27,169 bases of DNA from Candidatus Krumholzibacteriia bacterium (GTDB lineage: Bacteria; Krumholzibacteriota; Krumholzibacteriia; LZORAL124-64-63). Location: positions 1 to 27,169 of the forward strand of contig JAZBOO010000223.1 in assembly GCA_036351155.1 (NCBI GenBank). Direction: 5' to 3'. A program made the translations under genes and the position numbers. Below the pieces are notes generated by a model. It was not told where the DNA came from and ran no database searches. It saw only the letters and a program-made list of their open reading frames with translations. This document shows, in pieces, positions 9,524 to 18,244 of the stretch (positions within the stretch are counted from its first letter, which is position 1; each line of letters starts with the position of its first letter).

Positions 9524-10360
9524 ATGAGTATCCAGATCAACTCCAGGAACTCCTCTACCCTCGCATCCGTGCGCTCCAGCAGTCAAGCCAAGGAGCGGAT
9601 GGAAAAAACCCTCGAGAAACTGTCCAGTGGCAAAAGGATCAACCGCGCCGGAGACGACGCGGCCGGGCTGGCAATCGCCCAGAAGATGGGCGATATGATC
9701 AAGGCCCTCGAGCAAGGCATGGAAAACGCCTACGATGGACTGTCCCTGGTTCAGACCGCTGACGGCGGCATGGACCAGACCAGTGAAAATCTGGGACGTA
9801 TGCGTGAGCTGGCCATGACCGCAGCCAACGGGACCCTCAGTCCAGAACAGCGAGATGCCGTTCAGGTCGAGTTCTCTGCTCTGAAGGATGAGGTGAGCCG
9901 GATCGCCGGATCGACCGAGTTCAACGGGCAAAAACTGCTGGATGGATCGGCAGGTGAGCTGGATATCGCCCTGGCCGACACCGGGAGCGATGCCGATGCC
10001 ATTGCCGTGGACCTCAGTGTGAACATGGATGCTTCCAGTCTGGGGCTGGCCTCCTCCCGTGTCGACGGCGGCGATCCGACCAATGCTCTGGCCGCCATGC
10101 GCGATGTGGATGCGGCTCTTGCCCAGGTCAGCAGTCGTCGCGCCGAGCTGGGCTCGGTAGGCAATCGGCTGGAAAGTGCGACCCGGAACATGGGAGTGGC
10201 CATGGAGAATACCTACGCCTCCCGGTCGAGGGTCATGGACACCGACTACGCGGTGGAAATGGCCAGTCTGGCCCGGGATCAGGTGCTGGCCTCGGCGGGC
10301 ACCGCCGTCCAGACCCAGGCCCGGGGACTGGCGGCCACGGCGTTGAATCTTCTGAAATAA
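9524..10360 (+). CDS. fliC: Flagellin (minimal D0/D1-only, 278 aa)
   Basis: N-terminal LEKLSSGKRINRAGDDAAGLAI, LVQTADGG, RMRELA, TEFNGQKLLDG. C-terminal RAELGSVGNRLE...SRVMDTDYAVEMASL. Confidence 0.92.
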   Translation: MSIQINSRNSSTLASVRSSSQAKERMEKTLEKLSSGKRINRAGDDAAGLAIAQKMGDMIKALEQGMENAYDGLSLVQTADGGMDQTSENLGRMRELAMTAANGTLSPEQRDAVQVEFSALKDEVSRIAGSTEFNGQKLLDGSAGELDIALADTGSDADAIAVDLSVNMDASSLGLASSRVDGGDPTNALAAMRDVDAALAQVSSRRAELGSVGNRLESATRNMGVAMENTYASRSRVMDTDYAVEMASLARDQVLASAGTAVQTQARGLAATALNLLK

Positions 10361-10380
10361 AATCAGGCGTGCGCGGGGTG

Positions 10381-10414
10381 AAAAAAGGGCGCCCGGAGTG
10401 ATCCGGGCGCCCTT
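10381..10414. terminator. Intrinsic terminator between the convergent flagellin and pepF genes (U-tract on the minus strand)
   Basis: Perfect 13-bp stem AAGGGCGCCCGGA / TCCGGGCGCCCTT with a GTGA loop, and an A6 run on the left side. Confidence 0.85.
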
Positions 10415-10437
10415 GGGCATCTCTGCTCCGGGGCGAT

Positions 10438-12378
10438 CTAGCCCTTGCCGTACTTCTGGGTCCAGAGCTTCTCGAACTCCACCACCGTCTCCTCGAACAC
10501 CTTCATGGCGCTCAGAATGGGGGCGGGGGTTTCCAGATCCACCCCGGCACTGCGCAGGATATCCAGCGGCGGAGCACTGCTGCCGGCCTTCAACATGTTG
10601 TTGATGTAGGCCTGGGCCGCGTCGTCACCCTGCTCGTTGATCAGGTCGGCCATGGCCAGACCGCTGGTCAAGCCGGTGGCGTAGGTGAACACGTAGAAGT
10701 TGTAGAAGAAGTGGGGGATGAACATCCACTCGCACTGGTCATCGGTGCCCAGGGCGAAGTTCGGGCCGTAGTATTCCTGGATCATCTCGCCGTACAGGTT
10801 GTTCAGGAAGTCGGCGGTCAGCGGGTTGCCGGCCTCGGCATGCTCGTGGAACCGCAGCTCGAAATCGGCGAACAGGGTCTGGCGGAAAATCGTCAGACGG
10901 ATGCTCTCCAGCCGCTGGTTCAGCAACAGCAGCTGCATGTCGATGTCCTTGGCCTTGCGGGCCTCGGTCAACAGGTAGTCGGTGAGCAGGGCTTCGTTGC
11001 AGGTCGAGGCGATCTCGGCCAGGAACGTGGTGTACCCCTGGTAGATAGGGGGCTGGGTGCGGTTGCTGTAGACCGAGTGCAGCGCATGGCCGAACTCATG
11101 GGCGGTGGTCGAAACGGCATCCAGGCTGTTGTCGAAGTTGTGCAGGATGAATGGATGCACATCCTTGGCCAGCACGCCGTTGCTGTAAGCTCCGCTGCGC
11201 TTGTCCTCGTTGGGGTAAACGTCGATCCAGCCGCTGGCCGGGTTCATGCCCTCTTCCAGCAGCGCCACGTATTCCTTGCCCAGGGGCTTCAGGCCCTTGG
11301 CGATGACGGTGCGGGCATCTTCGTAACTGTACTCGGGCTCCACACCCTCCATCATGGCATTGTACAGGTGAGGGAAAGTCAGGGGACCGTCGATGTTCAT
11401 GACTTTCCGGCGCAGGTCCACGTACTTGTGCAGCGTGTTGGGCAGGTTTTCGCGAATGGTGGAGACCAGCATCCGGTAGGCCTTGGGGGAGATGTTGTCC
11501 GGGCTCATGGCCGCGTCCAGGCAGGTGTCGTACTTGCGTGCGTCCTTGGTCATCAGGTGGCTCTTGACCACGCCGTCCAGCAGCACCGAGAAGGTGTTCT
11601 CGTAGCTGCGCAGGGTACCGAAGAAGTTGGCCGTGGCACCTTCGCGCACCACCGGGTCTTCATGCGAGCGCAGGGCGCTGAAGCTACTGACGGTCAGGGG
11701 GACTTCCTGACCCTTGCTGTCGGTGACCGCCGGGAAGGAGATGTCCACACCCAGCAGGGCTTCGTGAGCATCGCCGGGCACGGAACGCATGTTGCCGGTC
11801 AGGGCCATCAGCCGCTCTTCAGGGCCGCTCAGGGTGTTGTCCTGCTGCCGCCACAGCTCGCTGAAGTAGTAGTCGTAGATGGCCAGGTCCTTGCTCTCGC
11901 GCATGAAGCCCTTGATCTTCTCGGGATCGATTTCCAGCAGCTCGGGCTCCATCCAGCTGGTGGCCTCACCGAAGGCGGGCATCAGCGCGGCCACGCGGCC
12001 CTGCATCTCACGGTGCTGGCTGTTGCCCTGGTCCACGTCGTACAGGGTCTGGGAGTAGACGTAAAGCTTGTACAGGCGGACCACCATTTTGTGGGCCAGA
12101 TCCTGGGCTTCGAGCATGGTTTCGGCGGAATCGCCCAGGTGGCCCTGGTAGCGGGTCAGGCTGGGAATATCCTCGGCCAGGCTGGCCAGTTCCTTTTCGA
12201 AGGTGGCGTTGTCCGGGAAGATGTGGTGGGCGTTCCACTGGTATTCCTCGGGGATTTCGGAGCGGGGAGCCGTGGTGTCGGGCTGATAGCCAGCCAGAGC
12301 CACAGGAACGGTCAGCAGGGCCGTGAGGCCGACCACCACCAGCAGGGTGGCCATGGGGTGAAAGTGACGAGCGTTCAT
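10438..12378 (-). CDS. pepF: Oligoendopeptidase F (peptidase M3B) with an N-terminal signal peptide
   Basis: Zn motif HEFGH, WIDVYPNEDKRSGAYS, FLAEIASTCNE and HFFYNFYVFTYATG. SD AGGAGG precedes ATG 12378, followed by a hydrophobic leader ending ALA. Confidence 0.93.
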   Translation of the reverse strand: MNARHFHPMATLLVVVGLTALLTVPVALAGYQPDTTAPRSEIPEEYQWNAHHIFPDNATFEKELASLAEDIPSLTRYQGHLGDSAETMLEAQDLAHKMVVRLYKLYVYSQTLYDVDQGNSQHREMQGRVAALMPAFGEATSWMEPELLEIDPEKIKGFMRESKDLAIYDYYFSELWRQQDNTLSGPEERLMALTGNMRSVPGDAHEALLGVDISFPAVTDSKGQEVPLTVSSFSALRSHEDPVVREGATANFFGTLRSYENTFSVLLDGVVKSHLMTKDARKYDTCLDAAMSPDNISPKAYRMLVSTIRENLPNTLHKYVDLRRKVMNIDGPLTFPHLYNAMMEGVEPEYSYEDARTVIAKGLKPLGKEYVALLEEGMNPASGWIDVYPNEDKRSGAYSNGVLAKDVHPFILHNFDNSLDAVSTTAHEFGHALHSVYSNRTQPPIYQGYTTFLAEIASTCNEALLTDYLLTEARKAKDIDMQLLLLNQRLESIRLTIFRQTLFADFELRFHEHAEAGNPLTADFLNNLYGEMIQEYYGPNFALGTDDQCEWMFIPHFFYNFYVFTYATGLTSGLAMADLINEQGDDAAQAYINNMLKAGSSAPPLDILRSAGVDLETPAPILSAMKVFEETVVEFEKLWTQKYGKG

Positions 12379-12488
12379 GCAATACCTCCTGAAACCAGGT
12401 CGCAAGTGATCAGCCCGGCTCTTGACGAGAACCGGGCTGTCGGGGGGGTGAACATATTCATTATTCCTGACACACAAATCTGTCGGGC

Positions 12489-13715
12489 TCAGAAGCGGTT
12501 CCGGCCCAGTTCATCTTTGCCGAATTCAAGGCCGGAGCTCCAGCTCTTGTCCGGGAAATCCACCATCACGTCCACGGGCCCCACCAGGGTGGTGTCAGAG
12601 AAATCGATACTGGCCTGCAGGAGCTTGTCCGACATCAGGCCCACCATGTAGAAGTTGTCGCTGCCGGCGCCCCAGATGCCGGTGAGGCTGGGCACCTGAT
12701 CGTACAGGACCTTCCGGAAGCCGGTGTCGGCGGCGAGGCTGTAGTCGACGGACTGGATCACCAGCTGGCCGGAATCGGTGACCAGGTAGACGTATCCGTC
12801 CCCGTCCAGCCACATGTCCCGGATTCCCCGGCCCGGGTCGGAGGTGACGCGCGGGAAGCGCTTGGACCAGACCAGGGTGCCGGCTTCCTCGTCCTCCACC
12901 AGCTGGAACAGCCAGCCCTCGGTGGTGCCCAGGAAGTTGTTCGCCAGGACCAGAGGATCGCTGGTGGTCGACAGAACCCTTTCCGAGGCGGCGAGCTGAT
13001 CGCCGCGCAAGGGGCGCATCAGCCAGTCATATTCGGGATCTCCCGTCAGGACCATGCCGTCGGTGCCCAGGGTGCCGATCATTTCGCCTTCGTAGTCGGG
13101 ATTCACGAAGGCGCCGCCAATGAAGAAGTGGTTCACCGTGACCAGACTGCTGAGATCTTCAGTGCGGGACAAAGTGTCGGTGGGGGCGCCGGTGGAGGGG
13201 TCGCGCAGCACAATCACCGTGGGGGTGGTGCCCCAGGAACTGCCACTCAACCGCCGCAGCGTGCCTTCGGCACCGCAGGCATAGAGCTCATCCTGGTATT
13301 CCCCGATGCCATACAGGTCCTTCGCCGTGCCGCTGTCCATGCTGCTCCAGGAGCCGCCGGTGTTGCGGAGAATTTTACCTTCGTGGCCCACGGCGTACAT
13401 GGTGCCGTTGTTTTCCCACAAGGTGACGATGGGGCTGGAGGTGCCACTGTCCATGAGGTTCCAGCTGGACCCATCGAAATGGAACATGACACCCTTGTTG
13501 CCGGCGGCATAGATGTCGCTGGGACCGGTCCCGTGCACATCGAACAGCCAGTTCTGTGACTGGGCCCCGGGCTGATCCGGGAAGTTGACGGTATTTTCGT
13601 CGTCACCGCATCCAGCCATGGTCCACATTGCCAGCAATGTCAGGCAGGACATCAGAATGATCGTGCGGGACAAGGGCATGCGGACGCCGTTCAGGACAAA
13701 CGCAATTTTGTTCAT
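12489..13715 (-). CDS. Lipoprotein with beta-propeller-type repeats, function unknown
   Basis: Lipobox MAG-C(GDD) and repeats such as DVHGTGPSDIYAAGNKG.MFHFDGSSW, MYAVGHEG.ILRNTGGSW and GIWGAGSDNFYMVG. Start is either 13715 (SD GAGGA) or 13679. Confidence 0.75.
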   Translation of the reverse strand: MNKIAFVLNGVRMPLSRTIILMSCLTLLAMWTMAGCGDDENTVNFPDQPGAQSQNWLFDVHGTGPSDIYAAGNKGVMFHFDGSSWNLMDSGTSSPIVTLWENNGTMYAVGHEGKILRNTGGSWSSMDSGTAKDLYGIGEYQDELYACGAEGTLRRLSGSSWGTTPTVIVLRDPSTGAPTDTLSRTEDLSSLVTVNHFFIGGAFVNPDYEGEMIGTLGTDGMVLTGDPEYDWLMRPLRGDQLAASERVLSTTSDPLVLANNFLGTTEGWLFQLVEDEEAGTLVWSKRFPRVTSDPGRGIRDMWLDGDGYVYLVTDSGQLVIQSVDYSLAADTGFRKVLYDQVPSLTGIWGAGSDNFYMVGLMSDKLLQASIDFSDTTLVGPVDVMVDFPDKSWSSGLEFGKDELGRNRF

Positions 13716-14006
13716 TGCAACAATTTCCTCACGTTCAACAGGTGGGGGAGAGTGGAACGGCCAGCTACCGAATCCCTCCCGGGGCTTCTCAGGGCCACCG
13801 GGGCAGGAAACCATGCCCGCCCAAAGGCGCAAGCCGCTGTTCCAACACATGAATATTAAGCTTTTGCCAGCGGAAAGTCCACACCACATGGCCGGATTAA
13901 TGAGGATTACGGTCTTGCACAAATTCCCGTTCATGACAAAATTAGCCCCGTAAGGCCTTGGCCAATCCATCCCTATCCTCGTTGCCCGGTCCGGATCGGA
14001 GCCCTC

Positions 14007-14966
14007 ATGAGCAGAATCACGCCCCCCGAGGTTCACCCCTCCGTCGACCTTTTCGCCGAGATCGATCGCCTGCGCAAGGAAATGAATGCGGTGATCCTGG
14101 CCCACTATTACCAGGAGCCGGACATCCAGGATATTGCCGATCACGTGGGCGACAGCCTGGCCCTGGCCCAGCGTGCGGCCGAGACCGAGGCCGAGGTCAT
14201 CGTGTTTGCGGGCGTGCACTTCATGGCCGAGACCGCCAAGATTCTCAATCCTGACAAGCTGGTCCTGTTGCCGGATCTCGAAGCGGGGTGCAGCCTGGCC
14301 GATGGCTGCCCCGCCGATGAATTCCGGGCTTTCCTGGATCGGTACCCCGGGCACACCGTGATCAGCTATATCAACTGCTCGGCGGCCACCAAGGCCATGA
14401 GTGACATCATCTGCACCAGCGGCAACGCCGAGAAGATCGTGGCCTCCTTGCCCGCCGACCAGCCCATCGTCTTTGCGCCCGACCGGTATCTGGGGGCCTG
14501 GGTGTCCCGCAAGCTGGGACGGGAAATGGTGCTGTGGCCCGGGTCCTGCGAGGTGCACGAAACCTTCAGCGAGAAAAAGCTGGTGGAGTTGAAGGTGGCT
14601 TATCCGCAGGCGGTGACCGCCGCCCATCCCGAGTGTCCCGAAGGCGTCTTGCAGCACGCCGATTTCGTGGGGAGCACCGCCCGGATCCTGGAATTTGCGC
14701 GAAGCACCGAGGCTCGGCAGATCATCGTGGTGACCGAGTCGGGCATTCTCCACCAGATGCAGAAAGAAAATCCCGACAAGGAATTGATTCCGGCTCCCGG
14801 CGCCGACGAGTCCTGCAACTGCAACGAATGTCCCTACATGCGCCTGAACACCCTGGAAAAACTGTACCTGTGCATGCGGGACCGGACGCCGGAAATCGTG
14901 GTCGACCCCGTCGAGGCGGCCCTGGCCCTGGCTCCCATCAACCGGATGCTGGAACTGAGCCGGTGA
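14007..14966 (+). CDS. nadA: Quinolinate synthase
   Basis: [44 protein letters not shown] and CPYM (three Fe-S Cys ligands). Confidence 0.97.
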   Translation: MSRITPPEVHPSVDLFAEIDRLRKEMNAVILAHYYQEPDIQDIADHVGDSLALAQRAAETEAEVIVFAGVHFMAETAKILNPDKLVLLPDLEAGCSLADGCPADEFRAFLDRYPGHTVISYINCSAATKAMSDIICTSGNAEKIVASLPADQPIVFAPDRYLGAWVSRKLGREMVLWPGSCEVHETFSEKKLVELKVAYPQAVTAAHPECPEGVLQHADFVGSTARILEFARSTEARQIIVVTESGILHQMQKENPDKELIPAPGADESCNCNECPYMRLNTLEKLYLCMRDRTPEIVVDPVEAALALAPINRMLELSR

Positions 14967-16126
14967 GCTCCCGGGTCCGCACCCCGGTCTACCTGGATCA
15001 CCATGCCACCACGCCCCTGGACCCTTCGGTGCTGGACCTCATGTACAGGGTTCAACGCGACCACTTCGGCAACCCTTCCAGCTCCGGGCACGCCTTCGGC
15101 TGGGCCGCCGCCGCCCTGGTGGAAACGGCCCGCCGTCAGGTGGCCGGGCTGATCGGTGCCGAGCCCGGCGAAATCATCTTCACCTCCGGAGCCACCGAAG
15201 CGAACAATCTGGCCCTCCTGGGAGGGGCCCGGGCCTATCGAGGTCAGGGGCGGCATCTCGTCTCCACCTCTCTGGAGCACGAGGCGGTGGCTCGTCCTCT
15301 GGTCGCTCTCCAGGCCGAGGGCTGGGAGGTGACCCTGGTTCCCGGGGATGATCAGGGGCTGGTGTCCCCCGAAGCGGTGGCTCGGGCCCTGCGGCCCGAC
15401 ACCGTGCTGGTATCGGTGATCGCCGCCCAGAACGAGATCGGCACCTTGCAACCACTGGCGGATATCGGTGAGCTGTGTCGTCAGCACGGGGCCGTGCTGC
15501 ATACCGATGCGGCCCAGGCCGTCGGCAAGATTCCGCTCAATGTCAGGGAACTGGGTGTGGGGATGATGTCCCTGTCGGCCCACAAGATGTATGGCCCCAA
15601 GGGGGTCGGGGCGCTGTATGTCAGCCGGCGCGATCCCCGGGTTCAGCTGGAACCGATGCTGCACGGAGGGGGGCAGGAGCGGGGATGGCGTTCCGGCACC
15701 TTGAACGTGCCGGGCATTGCCGGTCTGGGGCAAGCCGCCCTGGTGGCGGGGGAATTATTGCCTTCCGAAGGGCCACACCTGCGCGCCCTCGCCGCGCGGC
15801 TGCTGGCCGCGGTTCAGAAAGAAATCCCCGAGGTCATTTTGAATGGTCATCCTGGCCACCGGTTGCCAGGCAGCTTGAATCTGGGATTTCCCGGGCTGGG
15901 GGGACGCAGCCTGCTGAGCAAGCTGACCACCCTGGCCGTTTCCTCGGGCTCGGCTTGCAGCAGCGCCGAGGGCAAGCCCTCTGCTATCTTGCTGGGGCTG
16001 GGGCGGGACGAGAATCTGGCGGTGTCCAGCCTGCGGATCTCTCTGGGCCGGAGCACCACCGAGGCTGAAGTGGATTATGCTGCTGCAACCATCGTGGCCG
16101 CCGTTCGACTTCTATCCCCGCAGTAA
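14963..16126 (+). CDS. Group I cysteine desulfurase (NifS/IscS-like)
   Basis: [28 protein letters not shown] Lys in [10 protein letters not shown] and catalytic SSGSAC. GTG start overlaps the nadA stop (GTGA). Confidence 0.93.
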   Translation: MSSRVRTPVYLDHHATTPLDPSVLDLMYRVQRDHFGNPSSSGHAFGWAAAALVETARRQVAGLIGAEPGEIIFTSGATEANNLALLGGARAYRGQGRHLVSTSLEHEAVARPLVALQAEGWEVTLVPGDDQGLVSPEAVARALRPDTVLVSVIAAQNEIGTLQPLADIGELCRQHGAVLHTDAAQAVGKIPLNVRELGVGMMSLSAHKMYGPKGVGALYVSRRDPRVQLEPMLHGGGQERGWRSGTLNVPGIAGLGQAALVAGELLPSEGPHLRALAARLLAAVQKEIPEVILNGHPGHRLPGSLNLGFPGLGGRSLLSKLTTLAVSSGSACSSAEGKPSAILLGLGRDENLAVSSLRISLGRSTTEAEVDYAAATIVAAVRLLSPQ

Positions 16127-16154
16127 AAAAACCGCGGCCCGAAAGCCGCGGTTT
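16125..16154. terminator. Intrinsic terminator between convergent genes, probably bidirectional
   Basis: Stem AAACCGCGGC / GCCGCGGTTT with a CCGAAA loop, and an A-run on the left giving a U-tract for the minus-strand gene. Confidence 0.85.
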
Positions 16155-16184
16155 CATGACAAAGGACGGCGAGGGCGTGAGTCT

Positions 16185-17393
16185 CTACTCCCCGTCGTAA
16201 TCCGACGCCTGGCGGCGGGACAGGGAAATCCGGCGCCGGTCCAGGTCCACGTCCAGAATCCGCACAGTGATCTCGTCGTTCTCGTTCAAGATCTCCCGCG
16301 GGTGGATGATCCGCCGGTTGGCCAGTTCCGAGATATGGATCAGGCCTTCGACGCCCGGCTGCAACTGGACAAACACTCCGAAATCGACCAGGCGCGTGAC
16401 GGTGCCGGTGACATCGGTGCCCGGGGTCACATTGTTGGCGGTGTCGGGCCAGGGGTCGCTGGCGAGGGCCTTCATGGACAGGCTGATGCGCTCGGAACGC
16501 CCCATGCCCAGGTTTTGCAGCTCCAGGACCTTGACCTTGACCTCTTGCCCTTCACGCAGAACATCGGAAGGGTCACCCACTCTCTGGTGGGAAATCTGGC
16601 TGATGTGCACCAGACCCTCGATGCCTCCCAGATCCACGAAGGCGCCGAAGGGCACCAGCCGGGTGACCACCCCTTCGCGCACATCGCCCAGGGCGATGGA
16701 GGCGCGGGTTTCCTCGGCCTGAGATTCTCGCTCGGCCTGAACCAGCGCGCGGCGGCTGACCACCACGTTGCGCCCATCCTCGGAAAGTTCCAGGATCTTG
16801 AACTTGTAGGTCTTGCCCACGAAAATCTCGGGATTGTCGGCCCGCCGGACATCGATCTGGCTGAAGGGGCAGAACGCCCGCAGGCCACCGAGGTCCACGG
16901 AGAAGCCGCCCTTGTTGGTCTGGGTGACCTTGCCTTCAACGGGGGTGCCTGCATCGTAGGCATCCTGCAGGGCCTTGGAGCCGGCCTCTTTCAGGTTGAT
17001 GGCCATGGTCAGCTTCAAACCGTCGGGGCTTTTCTGGACGTGGGCGGTGATCTCATCGCCCACCGCGTGCTTGAGCTGGCCTTCCTCATCCTTCAGCTCG
17101 GCCACGGCCATGGGCAGCTCGTTGCGCCCGCCGCAGTCCACGAAAGCATCGATGTCCCCGATCTGGATGATGGTGCCACTGACCTTGTCGCCCGGTTTCA
17201 GGGAGGTCAACTCGCCGGCGGAGGAGGCCTCCAGCATATCGGCGAATTCCTGGCGGGATTCCTCGTCCTCGGCGGCCATCAGCGGATCGAGATCCGCACT
17301 TTCCTGCCCAGCCGCGGTCGGGTTTTCCGGAGTTTGAGGGGTTTCGTCACCATCAGGCGTGGGATTCATGTTTTCGTTCTGGTCGCTGGTCAT
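16185..17393 (-). CDS. Ribosomal protein S1-like protein with four S1 domains
   Basis: Four S1 repeats: GDKVSGTII..AFVD, GTPVEGKV..GGFSVDL..AFCPFSQI, GDVREGVV..FGAFVDLGGIEGLVHISQIS, GTDVTGTV..FGVFVQL..EGLIHISEL. Acidic N-terminal extension. ATG 17393 follows GGAG. Confidence 0.88.
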   Translation of the reverse strand: MTSDQNENMNPTPDGDETPQTPENPTAAGQESADLDPLMAAEDEESRQEFADMLEASSAGELTSLKPGDKVSGTIIQIGDIDAFVDCGGRNELPMAVAELKDEEGQLKHAVGDEITAHVQKSPDGLKLTMAINLKEAGSKALQDAYDAGTPVEGKVTQTNKGGFSVDLGGLRAFCPFSQIDVRRADNPEIFVGKTYKFKILELSEDGRNVVVSRRALVQAERESQAEETRASIALGDVREGVVTRLVPFGAFVDLGGIEGLVHISQISHQRVGDPSDVLREGQEVKVKVLELQNLGMGRSERISLSMKALASDPWPDTANNVTPGTDVTGTVTRLVDFGVFVQLQPGVEGLIHISELANRRIIHPREILNENDEITVRILDVDLDRRRISLSRRQASDYDGE

Positions 17394-17491
17394 TTCCGGT
17401 CCTGTTCTCCGAGTCTGGGTGGCACACAAGCCCATGCCGCAACACCACGCCCGGCTGGGCGTCGCATGCGAAACGGCCGGGGACAATGGGG

Positions 17492-17500
17492 ACTATACCA
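17492..17500 (-). promoter_or_regulatory. Extended -10 promoter element for the S1-like gene
   Basis: Minus strand reads TGG-TATAGT (TGn plus -10), about 100 nt upstream of the start. No good -35. Confidence 0.5.
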
Positions 17501-17548
17501 TACCGGAATGGCGATTCCTACCTCAGAACCGGCAAAAAATATGGGGGT

Positions 17549-18196
17549 TCAGGCCATGACGAAGCTGTAAATGCAGAAGAAATGAGCCACGCTGCCCAGG
17601 AGCACGAAGACGTGCCACACGGCGTGGTTCCAGAGCAGCCGCTTGCTGGCATAGAAGACCGCGCCTCCGGAATAGAAAAGGCCGCCGGCCAGCAATAGCA
17701 GCAAGCCACCGCCGGGGAGACCCTCGTACAGGGGCTTGGCGGCGATCACCGCCATCCAGCCCAGACCGATGTAGAAAACCAGGGAGAGACGGCGCCATTT
17801 CCCCCGGGCCGCCAGCTCGAAGATGATACCCGCCAGGGCCAGTCCCCAGACCAGCCCGAAAATGGTCCAGCCCCAGGGGCCCCGCAGTGTCACCAGGGTG
17901 AACGGGGTGTAGGTGCCCGCAATCAGGAGATAAATGGCCGAATGGTCGATTTTCTGCATCACGGCCTTGGCCCGGGGCCAGGGAAAGGAATGATACAGAG
18001 TGGAGGCGGTATAAAGGAGGATCAGGCTGCTGCCGTAAACCGAGCCCGCCACCAGGCTCCAGTTGTCTCCGGAGTGGGCCGCGCGGAGAATCATGAGGAC
18101 CAGGGCGGTGATCGCCAGCAACACACCCACACCGTGGGTGACGGCGTTGGCGGTTTCTTCGGCCAAGGTGTAGGCCCTGTGGGTGGCTTTGCTCAT
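17549..18196 (-). CDS. trhA: Hemolysin III family / PAQR membrane protein (TrhA/YqfA-like)
   Basis: EETANAVTHG, STLYH, DHSAIYLLIAGTYTPF and HAVWHVFV, with about seven hydrophobic segments. Confidence 0.93.
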   Translation of the reverse strand: MSKATHRAYTLAEETANAVTHGVGVLLAITALVLMILRAAHSGDNWSLVAGSVYGSSLILLYTASTLYHSFPWPRAKAVMQKIDHSAIYLLIAGTYTPFTLVTLRGPWGWTIFGLVWGLALAGIIFELAARGKWRRLSLVFYIGLGWMAVIAAKPLYEGLPGGGLLLLLAGGLFYSGGAVFYASKRLLWNHAVWHVFVLLGSVAHFFCIYSFVMA

Positions 18197-18205
18197 GGTG
18201 GCAGC

Positions 18206-18234
18206 AAGGTAACTTGCCAGGAAGCCCCTGGCAA
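18206..18234 (-). promoter_or_regulatory. Sigma-70-type promoter for trhA, near-leaderless
   Basis: Minus strand reads TTGCCA, 17 bp spacer, TACCTT, then only 9 nt to the ATG with no SD. Confidence 0.55.
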
Positions 18235-18244
18235 TGCGCCCGGA

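Noticed and set aside
9246..10420. tRNA-Lys as the integration site of an island carrying the flagellin
   Set aside because: No integrase, no duplicated tRNA 3' end that I could find in the window, and host-like GC and codon usage in the flagellin.
13716..14753. Long N-terminal extension of the 754-aa minus ORF
   Set aside because: It overlaps nadA antisense and the divergent promoter region. The lipoprotein signal shows the real start is at 13715 or 13679.
14534..14962. 143-codon N-terminal extension of the cysteine desulfurase
   Set aside because: Out-of-frame overlap with nadA. Family homology starts at [10 protein letters not shown], just after GTG 14963.
17549..18196. Hemolysin III as a virulence toxin
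   Set aside because: This family (TrhA/PAQR) is widespread and linked to membrane homeostasis. Nothing in the context suggests a toxin.
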